Source: Histomonas meleagridis 2922-C6/04-290x | Lineage: Eukaryota; Protista; Parabasalia | Direction: 5' to 3' | NCBI GenBank assembly: GCA_020184695.1 | Contig: JAANOX010000207.1 | Coordinates: forward strand, 62,001-126,000 | DNA length: 64,000 bases | Shown here: positions 47,724-58,842 of the stretch, piece after piece | Numbering within the stretch: the stretch's first letter is position 1 | Layout of the letters: each line of letters begins with the position of its first letter | Position numbers and translations under genes: made by a program | Notes under the pieces: model-generated | What the model was told of the DNA's origin: nothing | Databases searched by the model: none | What the model saw: the letters and a program-made list of their open reading frames with translations, nothing else

Positions 47724-49178
47724 TTACCCGTTTTTATAAACAAGGCCAAACAAAATCTCTGCATCATTTGCAACTACTTCAGAATCAAGTAAAGGTTCTA
47801 AATATTCCTGGGCTCCAAGTGTATCAAAAATTTCTACCATTTTGTAACCAAGTTCTGATGACTTGTAAGCATCAACAACTTTAATCAAACACTGGACGAC
47901 CGTTAGCTCTGTTGTATCGTCGACGGTTAGAATGTGGTTAAAAAGTGCCTCGATAACGTTATCCGGTACGATCATTCTCAATTGAAAAGTGGAAGCGCTC
48001 ATTAAAATGTCCAATAAAACTGAGAGCGCTGAAATTCGCACCTGATATATGCTGCAATGAATGCAATTTAATAAGGGCGTTAAAATACATGAGTCTGGAT
48101 TTTTTTCATTTTCTAATATGATGTCAATCATTGAAGGACATTTTTTAAGAGCATTTCCTAAAAACTTAAATATAGCATTTTGAACTTTATATGAGTTCTT
48201 GTTATCTCTACATAAGAAATCGTTCATAAGTGGAAAATCAAGATATTCAATTGATGTAATAATTTGGTCATCAATGAACTCAATCATTAAACCTGTTAAT
48301 TCCCATCCAAGTATAGTAATGCAATTTAGTTGAGATCTTCGCATATCACAAAAATGTTTAAGACAAAATTCGTTTTTGAAGTTTTCTATAAAAAACGGGA
48401 CTTTTTGAATTAAAACAACTTTTATCGTCGCGTAAACGGTCATCTTCGCATCTATATTGGGGCGCCCCAAAATTCTGAACATTATTTCCATCATTGGCGA
48501 AAAGTTAAAATCAGGAATCATAATTGCAAATCTGATTACGTAGTAAATGAATTTGGAAATTATTTCAATTGTTTCGTTACGAAAATTTTGATAAAAAATA
48601 TGCTCAAATTGAATACATCGATTTGGATACTTTTTTGATATTAACATAAGGAGATTTAAAGAAGTTACCGAACATGGGTCTATAAGTGTGACAAATTCTA
48701 TAATCTTACGGAGCGATCCTTCAGAAAATGGGAGGTGATGATTTGAAAAGACATCACAAATCTCTTTTAATAAAATGCAAAGAGCTTTCCCTTCATCAAC
48801 TCTATCCTTATCTAAGCAATGCCGAATGAGCTCTTGGAAAAAATTATTGGAAAATAAAGAAAACATTTTATTCTTTGGTATTGTTTCGAGCCGACCTTGG
48901 ATTAAATTTAGTGTTAGAAGTAAATCTTTTTTTTGGTAAATTGGGCTTTCTATTATTTTGTGTAATTCTCTAAACGAACATTTAATAAAGTCAATAGCAT
49001 TTTTTGAACTTTCTTCTTCTGGCACTAAACCATCATTTTGATCCTCTTGTGTTGTAAATTTATCGTAAGTATGTGGAATTTTATTCTTTTTTGGATCTTT
49101 GTATCCTATATCCAATGTTGAATTTATAAATGTTTCTTTAACATAAAACAAAGAACTCATAGAATATTTTGTGAGCAA
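47724..49178 (-). CDS. ARM/HEAT-like helical hypothetical protein
   Basis: 484-aa ORF with repeated amphipathic helices; likely ATG at MSSLFY. Confidence 0.65.
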   Translation of the reverse strand: MLTKYSMSSLFYVKETFINSTLDIGYKDPKKNKIPHTYDKFTTQEDQNDGLVPEEESSKNAIDFIKCSFRELHKIIESPIYQKKDLLLTLNLIQGRLETIPKNKMFSLFSNNFFQELIRHCLDKDRVDEGKALCILLKEICDVFSNHHLPFSEGSLRKIIEFVTLIDPCSVTSLNLLMLISKKYPNRCIQFEHIFYQNFRNETIEIISKFIYYVIRFAIMIPDFNFSPMMEIMFRILGRPNIDAKMTVYATIKVVLIQKVPFFIENFKNEFCLKHFCDMRRSQLNCITILGWELTGLMIEFIDDQIITSIEYLDFPLMNDFLCRDNKNSYKVQNAIFKFLGNALKKCPSMIDIILENEKNPDSCILTPLLNCIHCSIYQVRISALSVLLDILMSASTFQLRMIVPDNVIEALFNHILTVDDTTELTVVQCLIKVVDAYKSSELGYKMVEIFDTLGAQEYLEPLLDSEVVANDAEILFGLVYKNG

Positions 49179-49390
49179 CTCAGAAAATTAACACGATAAG
49201 TACGATACAGCTCATATTGGGATCATTGCCAATTTGTTGGTGGGGAATCGTATTTTCACAGCAGTGAGCCCCAAATTTGATAATGTTTTTATCAGAACAT
49301 ATGTTGTTCATATGAATGAATTTACAATAAAAAGAAATTTTCGATTGAAAAATTGCCAATCATTTCACATCACATTTCACAGAATATATA

Positions 49391-51703
49391 ATGACAAGAA
49401 ACGAAAGATCATTAATTATTGGCTGTGATTTTCAAATTCTTCATACTCACTGGCGTTCGTGCACTTATTCAGAAGGTTTGGATGTTGTCGGATTTATTTA
49501 TTGTAAATCAGAAGAACCGCCCATCAAATTTTTTTCTTCTTCATATTGTACAATTCGTGTTTACCCACTTCGTGAACTTGAGCAAGTTATAAAAAAAGAG
49601 CGTGTTGATAAATGTTTATTTCAAGAAAGTGGGATATCTATTGTTCAAGCTCAATCCATTATTAATCGTGTTTTGTCCACTAAAACATGTCGTATTGAAT
49701 TTGCCCCACCTAAGCATATCCCAATACGTTCCTTCAAACCATTATTTGTTGTGAGCTCAATATCACCACGACTTGGGAAAACGCAAATAGCCAGATATTT
49801 TTGTCATCAGCTAGCGAAGGCAGGGCGACTTGTTGGTATTATTATACCGATTACCAACATTGATTTTCAATGCGATACATTAAAACTTAATGATGGACCA
49901 CATTATCAATTTCTTAAAGACACGCCAATTCCTGACGACTTCTTTTGCAAACTACAAATTCAAGAATATCGGAAAGCAGGCGCTTTTTGTATCTATGTCA
50001 CATCAGATGTTCGAAAATCAATCATTTGTGCCGAACAGAAAGCCGACATCATCATATATGACTCGTGGGAATGTGAGTGTCCATTTGTCTTAGAGACATC
50101 CAAATTTTGTTGCATTTCGAAAGAGTCAATAAATAACGTTCGACAATTATCACTTTGGCCTGGACTCGTGAACACACTCAGCTCTCCGAACTTAGTCATC
50201 ATGTTACGAGAGGATGAGCCAGACTTCACCGAGGAAGAGAACGTTTTCATTAAGAAGATGTTACCTTCACTGACGATATTCACTCGATCGTTTTTTTACG
50301 CCCGTTCAAAAACTCAAATTTATGACGATAAAAACGTCGATTTGACACACCAAAAGGTGCTAACGGTCGACCATCAAGAAACTAAAGGCGCAGCGGCTAC
50401 AGCAATTAAACATTCATTAGAATCAAATCATGACTTACATTCGACGTTAACTCAAGGAGAAGTTGACATACAAAATGAACCAATGGTTACAACTATTCCA
50501 AGATGTTCTTCACCAACAAAGTCACCGAAAGATGAAGAAGAAATGAACAAAATAGCAAAGAGAATTAACGGTTCTAATGTGGAAATTGTTGTTGTTTCAT
50601 TACAAAGAGATTTTGATAAATTATTGCCAGGGAAAATAGTGTTACATACCTTCTTTGAGATCACAGATATCAATAATGCACTTAAGAAATACCTTTCGAA
50701 ATATTTCCCTGAGAATTTGCCGCCACCATTAAAAGAACATTTTGAAGCACAAGCGGATATATTAATGTCAATGGCACGAGCATCAGACATAGAGTTATAT
50801 GTTTCAAACAATGACAGTTCTAATCGTGAATCATTTTGTCGGTTATTTTTATCATCACATTTACCACCCGGATTTAGAGTTACAACTGGTGAAATCATTG
50901 ATTCCTATAATAATAACACCGGACAACTTGACGTGGTAATCGTAAATGATGAATGTCCAAAATTAACAATTGATGCAACAGGTTCAGTCATTGCGCCAAT
51001 ATTAGCGGACTATGTATTAGGTGTAGTAGAAGTGAAAACGACATTAGGAACCGACTCATTGAAAAAAGCATTGAGTCAATTACGACATGTCAAAGCATTA
51101 ATGCCATCGCATGAAACATTAGATACGCCGAATGGTACAGTTATTGAAGATCCCTTAGGAGGTAAAATCGTCACTGGTATATTTGCGTTTGGTTGTACTG
51201 AAGGTGTTAAGACCAATTTACCGAATATCATTGATTTATATCCAAATGTTGCTGATTTTATAGTGTTGCCTAATAACTTTAGTTATTTCTCTGTTAAGAT
51301 ATTGAAAGTTTGCGGATTTATAGTTCCTGAAAAGAATGTTGTGAATGGTTATGTATGTTATACAGCATATGGATCAGGATTAGCAATTCTTTATGGCGTT
51401 TTAAACTTTCTGGCTGCATATAGAAGATTTAATGGATCGAATTGTATTAGATATCTAAATGGTTCTTGGGGTGGAACTGAAGAAGTGTTGTTGAGATTGA
51501 CTTCAAACATTGGGAAATATGTTGATATATTGGCACAGAACATTAGCGTCGAAAACAAAGGAAACTTTTACCAGGCTAAAAGTAACTTCATGGAAAATCT
51601 AAAGGACCTCCCGAAGAATACGCCGAGAAAGAAGAACAACTCAATGACTTCGACAAGTCTTCCGCCTGCGCCATCAAGTACAAATGTTCCATTCTTTGGT
51701 TAA
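49391..51703 (+). CDS. fusion of a COG2403/cyclic-2,3-diphosphoglycerate-synthetase-like P-loop domain and a DUF6602 PD-(D/E)XK-like domain
   Basis: N-terminal KPLFVVSSISPRLGKTQIARYF..L.KAG and AEQKADIIIYD; C-terminal LPPGFRVTTGEIIDS...GQLDVVIVND...VLGVVEVKTTL. Confidence 0.75.
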   Translation: MTRNERSLIIGCDFQILHTHWRSCTYSEGLDVVGFIYCKSEEPPIKFFSSSYCTIRVYPLRELEQVIKKERVDKCLFQESGISIVQAQSIINRVLSTKTCRIEFAPPKHIPIRSFKPLFVVSSISPRLGKTQIARYFCHQLAKAGRLVGIIIPITNIDFQCDTLKLNDGPHYQFLKDTPIPDDFFCKLQIQEYRKAGAFCIYVTSDVRKSIICAEQKADIIIYDSWECECPFVLETSKFCCISKESINNVRQLSLWPGLVNTLSSPNLVIMLREDEPDFTEEENVFIKKMLPSLTIFTRSFFYARSKTQIYDDKNVDLTHQKVLTVDHQETKGAAATAIKHSLESNHDLHSTLTQGEVDIQNEPMVTTIPRCSSPTKSPKDEEEMNKIAKRINGSNVEIVVVSLQRDFDKLLPGKIVLHTFFEITDINNALKKYLSKYFPENLPPPLKEHFEAQADILMSMARASDIELYVSNNDSSNRESFCRLFLSSHLPPGFRVTTGEIIDSYNNNTGQLDVVIVNDECPKLTIDATGSVIAPILADYVLGVVEVKTTLGTDSLKKALSQLRHVKALMPSHETLDTPNGTVIEDPLGGKIVTGIFAFGCTEGVKTNLPNIIDLYPNVADFIVLPNNFSYFSVKILKVCGFIVPEKNVVNGYVCYTAYGSGLAILYGVLNFLAAYRRFNGSNCIRYLNGSWGGTEEVLLRLTSNIGKYVDILAQNISVENKGNFYQAKSNFMENLKDLPKNTPRKKNNSMTSTSLPPAPSSTNVPFFG

Positions 51704-52411
51704 TGCATCAAATTTGATGTTGCATTTGTAAACTAAACAATTTTGTGTGAAGCGAAATATTTCTTAGAAAATTTAATTTAAATTGTTTATCGAAGTAAAT
51801 TAGTGAATTTTTGTATCGTTGACTTAAGCACTAAAAATTAAAACTTAATTTGAATAAGGCTTCATGATGAGGTTAGGGAAAAACAAAACTAGTAAAGGTT
51901 CGTGTAGTTGATTTTGCAATGGAAGGAAATTTTGGGGGATGTTGATGTTGATGTTGACTGATCCTATTTTTTTTGATAAACTCAAATGAACTCCTGAGAG
52001 AGTGAAAAATGATATCATTGGAGCTAAATAATTGTTTAGATGGGAACTTGTTCCATTGCGTGAGTACCATAAATGCAACTTTTTGATGTTATTCATCCCA
52101 AACAACGCAAAACATCAGCATAAACTGATTATTAGAATAAAATATATACTTTAAAATTGAAAATGTACTTTATGTTCATTTGCAAAATATAGTTATTCAT
52201 ATTTGATATTCCAATTTTTAAATTAGTGTAAATTTCATTAGCCCAAAATCTTTCTATTATTTTCATTCAAAAAAAAAAAAAAATCTGTATTAAAAGATTT
52301 AAACAAGGCTTTCCACAGTTCGGGTATCGAATAAAAAGCTTGTAAAAAGAGTTAGAAGGCTTCAAAAGATTTATTACCTTGACTTATCACTCATTTCCCT
52401 ATTTATAAAAG

Positions 52412-53641
52412 TTATTGTTCCATTTTGTCTGCAAATAATCGGATGACTTTAAATGCATTTTCCCAACTGCAACACGTAACTGCTGTCCAAAATAATTTAA
52501 ATAATTTCCAAATATTATTTTGAAATTCTAAATTATTAAAATAAATATTAAATAAAACAAATAAATATTTTTAGCATTAATATCAATTCCTTCTTGTTCA
52601 AGAAGTAATTTAACTATTTTTGTTTGACCATTTTTAGATGCCCACATAAGTGCTGTCCAAAATAATTTAAATAATTTCCAAATATTATTTTGAAATATCA
52701 AATTATTAAAATAAATATTAAATAAAACAAATAAATACTTTTAGCATTAATATCAATTCCTTCTTGTTCAAGAAGTAATTTAACTATTTTTGTACGACCA
52801 TTATAAGATGCTAAAATAAGTACTGTCCAAAATAATTTAAATAATTTCCAAATATTATTTTGAAATATAAAATTATTAAAATAAATTTTAAATAAAGTAC
52901 ATAAATATTTTTAGTATTAATATCAATTCCTTCTTGTTCAAGAAGTAATTTAACTATTTCTGTTTGACCATTTTTAGATGCATTCATAAGTGCTGTCCAA
53001 AATAATTTAAATAATTTCCAAATATTATTTTGAAATATCAAATTATTAAAATAAATATTAAATAAAACAAATAAATACTTTTAGCATTAATATCAATTCC
53101 TTCTTGTTCAAGAAGTAATTTAACTATTTCTGTATGACCATATTTAGATGCTAAAATAAGTGCTGTTTTAATTAATTTAAATAATTTCCAATTATTATTT
53201 TGAAATATAAAATTATTAAAATAAATATTAAAGAAAACAAATAAATATCTTTAGCATTAATATCAATTCCTTCTTGTTCAAGAAGTAACTTCACGAGTTC
53301 CTTGTTACCTTCTTCAGATGCAATCATAAGAAGTGTCTTAAATAGTTTGTACAATTTCTGAATATTAATTTGAATTATCAAATAATTGAAATAAGTTTTA
53401 AAATAATACAATAAATATCTTTTCCATTGATATCGATCCCTTGAAGAAGTAATTTAGCAACATCAAAGAAACCATGACCTATTGCAAATTTTAGAATTTT
53501 GACAATAAAAATTAAATAAATACAAATTTGATATTAAAACATCAAATAACGAATAAAAACATACCTTTCATTAACATTGATTTTCGATTTTTCTAAGAAA
53601 AGTTGAAGAAATTTGTCGAATTTGTTTCCAAGACCACTCAT
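52412..53641 (-). other. ankyrin array E: interrupted ankyrin gene (ATG, N-cap, repeats, C-cap, TAA)
   Basis: ATG at 53641 reads MSGLGNKFDKFLQLFLEKSKINVNER. Inserts are 60 nt then six of 80 nt; modules end at 53500, 53336, 53166, 52996, 52826, 52656 and 52486. The cap TAVTCCSWENAFKVIRLFADKMEQ stops at 52412. Confidence 0.8.
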
Positions 53642-53781
53642 TTTTTTTGGCATTTTTTTAAATAATCATAGGGGGGGTCTAATCTCATGCCTACTAACGG
53701 TCGCATAATAGCACTTTTTTAAAGGATTTGTATGCTTTACAAAAATGTGTATGAATGTTATGTAATTCGTTTTAGAAAAAC

Positions 53782-55320
53782 ATGAATTTTACAATTTCTT
53801 TTCTTTCTTTATCAAATATCTTATCCTCTTCACCATTTATTGCAACAAATCTTAATTCATCATTTCGTTCTGTTCAATTTTTCAAAAGTTTTTCAACATT
53901 TTTATTATCACAAAATTCAGTATCAATTTTGTCATCTAAATTTTCCAATATTTTAAGAACTCCAATAATAGCCGAATCTAATGCACAATTTATCAATGAA
54001 ACATTTACATCACGTCCCATATTTCCAGATAGCTCAAATGTTTATATTGATTCCTGTATATTTTATTCCTGTTGTTCAACTCAAACATATACAAATGGAG
54101 GAGCTATTTATGTTTCGGGACAACAACTTACAGTTATGGGAAGTACATTTATTGATTGTCATACATTACAAGGAGCCTCATCAGGTGGCTCCATTTATTC
54201 ATATTCGAGTACTTCCTTTATTACTCGATGTTGTTTTACGCAAAGTTCAGCGCATGGTCATGGACAATCATTTTATATTTCGACAACGTCATCTACAAGT
54301 ATTACGACATCTTCAATTTATAATTGTAATTCTAATTCACCATTTTCATCATCCACATTTTATATAATGTCACCTTTAATTTCTATCCAATCCATTAATA
54401 CTACATCTAATAATGTAATCAATGAAGGATGTGGAGTTTATATATATTTAACACAACAACAAAGTTCAACAAATTCAATATTTCAAACATGGACATGTGT
54501 TAATAATAGTGGTTTAACAGTATTACAACTTTCAACTTATATGTCATCTATGTTTACTATTGATAGCGCTAACTTTGTTAACAATAGCGCAAGAAATTAT
54601 TTCATTTCTTTCGTCGATGTCGGTACTTTATCGAATTGCGTTTTCGTAAATAACTCAGCAGAAATAGAAATGTTTCATCCAATAACAAATGACGGTAGAA
54701 TTACTTTTATTAATTGTGTCATTGATATAGATGTTACTAATGACGGATTATCTGTTGTTGCGAATCCAGAAACATTACAATTGGTTCAATATATGACAGA
54801 TTTATGTTTCGGTGTGATATTTAATGGATCATTTCCGGGAAATATATCAACAAATGAAACTGCAAATGTTTCTTCTGATGGAATTTCATCGGAAAATATT
54901 TCAGATGCTTCAAACGCATCAACAGCATTGATCGTTGTGATAGTATTATGTGTAATTGAGCTGATTGTTATCGTTGGATTGGTCGCATTTTTGTTGTTCA
55001 TTAGGAAAAAGTTGAAAGAAAACAAAGAAAATGTTCATGATAATGACAAATTAAAAATTGATGATATTTCTGATGAAAATATCGAAGAAGAAGAAGTCAA
55101 AGAAAAAGAAAAAATTGATGATGATGATGTTAAAAAAGATGAACCACAACAGAAAGTCGCTGAAGAAGATATAGTAAATCAAAAAGATCCTCCATCTGTT
55201 ACCATAAGAAGTAGTGGACCACATGCAGTAGGAAGAATAAGAACTACAAATCAGAGCTCCTTTTTACAATATTCAGTTAATTTTTCTTCTTCGGATTCAG
55301 ATTCGGAATCATTTGAATAG
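53782..55320 (+). CDS. polymorphic-membrane-protein-like (GGAI/FxxN beta-helix) single-pass surface protein
   Basis: N-terminal hydrophobic leader; GGAIY and GGSIY, FVNN motifs; TM LIVVIVLCVIELIVIVGLVAFLLFI; acidic tail. Confidence 0.75.
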   Translation: MNFTISFLSLSNILSSSPFIATNLNSSFRSVQFFKSFSTFLLSQNSVSILSSKFSNILRTPIIAESNAQFINETFTSRPIFPDSSNVYIDSCIFYSCCSTQTYTNGGAIYVSGQQLTVMGSTFIDCHTLQGASSGGSIYSYSSTSFITRCCFTQSSAHGHGQSFYISTTSSTSITTSSIYNCNSNSPFSSSTFYIMSPLISIQSINTTSNNVINEGCGVYIYLTQQQSSTNSIFQTWTCVNNSGLTVLQLSTYMSSMFTIDSANFVNNSARNYFISFVDVGTLSNCVFVNNSAEIEMFHPITNDGRITFINCVIDIDVTNDGLSVVANPETLQLVQYMTDLCFGVIFNGSFPGNISTNETANVSSDGISSENISDASNASTALIVVIVLCVIELIVIVGLVAFLLFIRKKLKENKENVHDNDKLKIDDISDENIEEEEVKEKEKIDDDDVKKDEPQQKVAEEDIVNQKDPPSVTIRSSGPHAVGRIRTTNQSSFLQYSVNFSSSDSDSESFE

Positions 55321-55335
55321 GTTTGTTTGTATAAA

Positions 55336-56946
55336 ATGTCACTTTTATGTAAGTTTTTTGTTTCTATAGTTTACACGCGTGCCGAAGTTGTCAAAATCAA
55401 ATTGTCCAAACCAAATCCGAACTTTTCTTCATTATCGCATCATATTAAGAAAACAATTGACGACATTTCTGCACAAAATTCAAATTTATCATCAATTAAT
55501 AGTCTTTTAAAAATTGCAGATAATGCAGAAAAATGCCAATTTATTGTAACTCATATAATAAATACTATAGACAATTTCGGAAACGATGATTCTGTTGTAT
55601 ATAGATGCTTAAAAGTTTTGTATACATGCTTGGAATTGGCACATGATAAATTTTTATCTTACGCACAATCATTTATCCCAGAAATTGAATCAATTTCGCT
55701 TTTAAGCTTTGGTGGCTCAAAATCAAAGTACCGAAATGAAATCCATATTTTAGCAAATTCAATTTATAACCATTTGGTATCAAATTCACAACTTGTTCTT
55801 CCTTCCACTTTAGGCCTTGAGAAGGTTATTCCAAATCCTTTGATAGAAGTTTCCAAAGATCAGCAAAAAGATCTAACTTCTTTAATAAATTTATCAGAAG
55901 ATCTAATCGAATGGAATGAAATTCCACAGAAACAGACGCATTCCACAGATTTGCTTGAGCTAGACAATTCACAGTTTATGTCTGGTTTACTTTATCCAAA
56001 TCTTGAAATTGATTTAAGACCTCCTATTTCAACGCCATTATCACCAACAACAGTCCAGTATTCCACTGATCAATTTCCTATGGAAGTAAATCCCACAGTT
56101 AATAGCACAAATAATGTTGATGATTTAATTCAATTTTCGCCCCCAAGGAACCAAAATAGAGTCACCCTTGTGAATGGGACTCTTGGGTTCAGTCCGATTG
56201 CGAAACCCAAACCAAAAGTTGAATTTGAACCTATTTCATTTGATTCTCAAAACAGTAAACCGATTGTGGAATTTAGTCCCATTGATCATAACGACTTTAT
56301 TCTTAGTCAGCTTCAGGGTGATGATCATCCTAGTGTTGAATTTAGTCCCATAGATAATAATTCATTAGATACTAGAGATTTCATATTATCACAAACTCAA
56401 CCTGAATTTGAGCCTATTGGCTCTCCTCAAAGCAATAGAATACAACTCAATAAGCCCAAATTTATTTTTAATGAGTTTGAGCCCATCAACAACGTCACTT
56501 TTGACGACGATAGCGATATATCGAACAAAGATAGTGAAATCGTATCAAGAAGAATTACAAATAATGATGAAATGTTTGAACCAATATCATGTGGCATATC
56601 GATTAATCGAGATACCTCAGGTTCTGACCTATTTGAATCGATTAGTGATAACACATCTCAAAAGGCTTCATCGCAAACAGATCTTTTAGGTACAGAGCAA
56701 TCTAAACAAGAGAAAATCGACCAAAAGGATCTTAACAATGATATGTTTGAGCCGATATCCATACAGCCGAATGAAATGTTTGAGCTGATTGACGATCAGC
56801 AATTTATAAACATTCAAATGATGAACACAGAAAACAATAAAAACGGAAACTTAAACCTCGAAATAACAGCTCCAGCAAATTTAACCCCTGATACATTACT
56901 AGAACCAAAAAAGGCATCGAATACAGTGGTTTTTGATTTGATTTGA
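55336..56946 (+). CDS. ENTH/VHS-like N-terminal domain with a disordered tail of repeated FxPI motifs
   Basis: First ATG at 55336; helical N-terminus including VVYRCLKVLYTCL; S/D/P-rich tail. Confidence 0.65.
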   Translation: MSLLCKFFVSIVYTRAEVVKIKLSKPNPNFSSLSHHIKKTIDDISAQNSNLSSINSLLKIADNAEKCQFIVTHIINTIDNFGNDDSVVYRCLKVLYTCLELAHDKFLSYAQSFIPEIESISLLSFGGSKSKYRNEIHILANSIYNHLVSNSQLVLPSTLGLEKVIPNPLIEVSKDQQKDLTSLINLSEDLIEWNEIPQKQTHSTDLLELDNSQFMSGLLYPNLEIDLRPPISTPLSPTTVQYSTDQFPMEVNPTVNSTNNVDDLIQFSPPRNQNRVTLVNGTLGFSPIAKPKPKVEFEPISFDSQNSKPIVEFSPIDHNDFILSQLQGDDHPSVEFSPIDNNSLDTRDFILSQTQPEFEPIGSPQSNRIQLNKPKFIFNEFEPINNVTFDDDSDISNKDSEIVSRRITNNDEMFEPISCGISINRDTSGSDLFESISDNTSQKASSQTDLLGTEQSKQEKIDQKDLNNDMFEPISIQPNEMFELIDDQQFINIQMMNTENNKNGNLNLEITAPANLTPDTLLEPKKASNTVVFDLI

Positions 56947-57469
56947 TTTTTTTTCGGATGAAAAAATAAAATTAAAAAATTAATTAATAAATGTTGTAAA
57001 TTATAAAAATTATTTTCATATTTCATTAGTTCATTTATGAACAAATATATTTATTGTTCTTGAAATAATATTTAATGCTGTAAACTTTACAATGTTTTCT
57101 TTTTGTTAAGGAATATCAACTGAAACATTTGAAATACTAAATTTTGTTATAATTAATTTTACTGAGAGGTTCCGATCATTGGAGGAGTTCCTTTACCTTT
57201 CCCTAAACATATTGCTTGATCCGATACATTTTGATGATGGCATGGCTGAATACTTTCAAGAAAGATTTCTATTCATCTAATCACATCATTCGAAATATTC
57301 ATTTATGAATTATATCCTTATTAGATTCTTCTGCGAAAACTGATGAAAATTTCTGATTCCGGATGACGAAATTTCATTTTGTTTCAAATTTATATTCAAA
57401 CACATCCTCATTTAAAATGTAATTACATGTTTTTTATTTAAATAATCTTAAGATAATTATAAAAAATTG

Positions 57470-57535
57470 ATGTCAATTCTTTTTTGTTAACTATTTGTAT
57501 GTCCTAAAATAAGTGCTGTTTGAAATAATTAGAAT
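57470..57535 (-). pseudogene. internally deleted ankyrin-module remnant
   Basis: aataagtgctgtttgaaataatt matches the insert/TAL junction of the arrays, with the helices collapsed by deletions. Confidence 0.6.
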
Positions 57536-57663
57536 ATGCAGACCAAATTTGGATATGTTGGTATTTATAAACTTAAGCCAACAAATTTGTTAGTGAACAT
57601 CTTAATTTATTGAACAAAGAAAAAAAATTTATATTTAAAACTTATGAAAACATTATAAACAGT

Positions 57664-58842
57664 TTATTTAAATTTTGAGATTGATGTTTTATATTTAAAA
57701 TTATAAGTCGGCTTTATAAAGCCGCTATGTTGTGGTGGTAATGAAATATCTTCTTCTTCATCTTCATCTTCTAATTTTCTTTGTTCTTGTTTTTTGGCTG
57801 CTGAACGAGATATCACACCGCCAACGATTTTATTCTTTTCATTTATTCTGTAATAACCTGGTGGTGGTGCTTCTGATGAATTTTGATACCATCGATTATA
57901 TGGAAGATTATCTTTATTATGAATTGAAATCGGCATCTTTGTATCCTTTTCTTTTATATTATAAGAACCTGGTGAAGGCGTTTTTGGTTTTACCTTCTTA
58001 GTATTTTGTTTTTTATTCTTTTTGGAAACGATGTACCCGCGTCCGGTTTTGATCGGCTTTCGGGGTGCTCCATTATTTGATTTATATGGATCGTAATCAC
58101 CAGGCCCAGGAGTAATTTCAGGGGGTTCTTTATCTATATCAATCCATAATGGGCTAAAACTAAATTTGTTGCCTGTGCCAAATTGGCTTTTAATGTTATA
58201 TTGACATGGAGATGGTGTTATTGAATTTGGTTCAGCAAATCTTGGAAGATCACTTCTGAAACATGCACTCATTTGAGGTGCTTCTGGCTTTGCTGAAGTT
58301 TCCTCATATTCTGTTGGTTTGTTATCTTTTATCTCAATTCGTGATAAATTAAAAAGATCCCTTTCTTGTTTTGAGAGGAATTGGCGAGTTGCATTTGTCT
58401 TTTTGAAGTTAGTGCGTGGGAATCGTCTTTGTATATTAGTTTGTGAAGGCAAAGGAGAAACCCATGATTTATGTGTTAGATTTCCAGATATTAATGGTTG
58501 AGATGGAAGACTTTTATGAGAACCGGAAATTTTATGTGGCAATTTAGTGTTTGTTTCTGAAGAAAAGTGGTCTGAAGGACCAACTCGATATTTTACTTGA
58601 TCAGTGTTTAAAAATGAAAGACGATTTGACGAAGGAGAAATTGTAGCTCCTTTGTGTTCTGACTCTGGGTCTTTTAAATTATAAGTTCCTGGTCCAATAC
58701 AATTTTCATCTCGATCTTTTGGGATAATTCTTACTAATTTACCATCTCCCCAAACGCAATACCCAAGACATTTTTGGCCAACCATTCCAGAAACGGGGCG
58801 CGTATCTAAGCTCGAATCCATTTCATATTTTTTATCAAACAA
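57664..58842 (-). CDS. sperm-tail PG-rich (SHIPPO/STPG) repeat protein
   Basis: GPGTYN, PSPCQYN, TPGPGDYD, PSPGSYN and PPPGYY repeats. Confidence 0.8.
   Translation of the reverse strand: MFDKKYEMDSSLDTRPVSGMVGQKCLGYCVWGDGKLVRIIPKDRDENCIGPGTYNLKDPESEHKGATISPSSNRLSFLNTDQVKYRVGPSDHFSSETNTKLPHKISGSHKSLPSQPLISGNLTHKSWVSPLPSQTNIQRRFPRTNFKKTNATRQFLSKQERDLFNLSRIEIKDNKPTEYEETSAKPEAPQMSACFRSDLPRFAEPNSITPSPCQYNIKSQFGTGNKFSFSPLWIDIDKEPPEITPGPGDYDPYKSNNGAPRKPIKTGRGYIVSKKNKKQNTKKVKPKTPSPGSYNIKEKDTKMPISIHNKDNLPYNRWYQNSSEAPPPGYYRINEKNKIVGGVISRSAAKKQEQRKLEDEDEEEDISLPPQHSGFIKPTYNFKYKTSISKFK

Noticed and set aside
51845-52105. Short overlapping minus-strand ORFs
   Set aside because: Could be a small gene or relic, but the frame cannot be chosen and nothing is recognisable.
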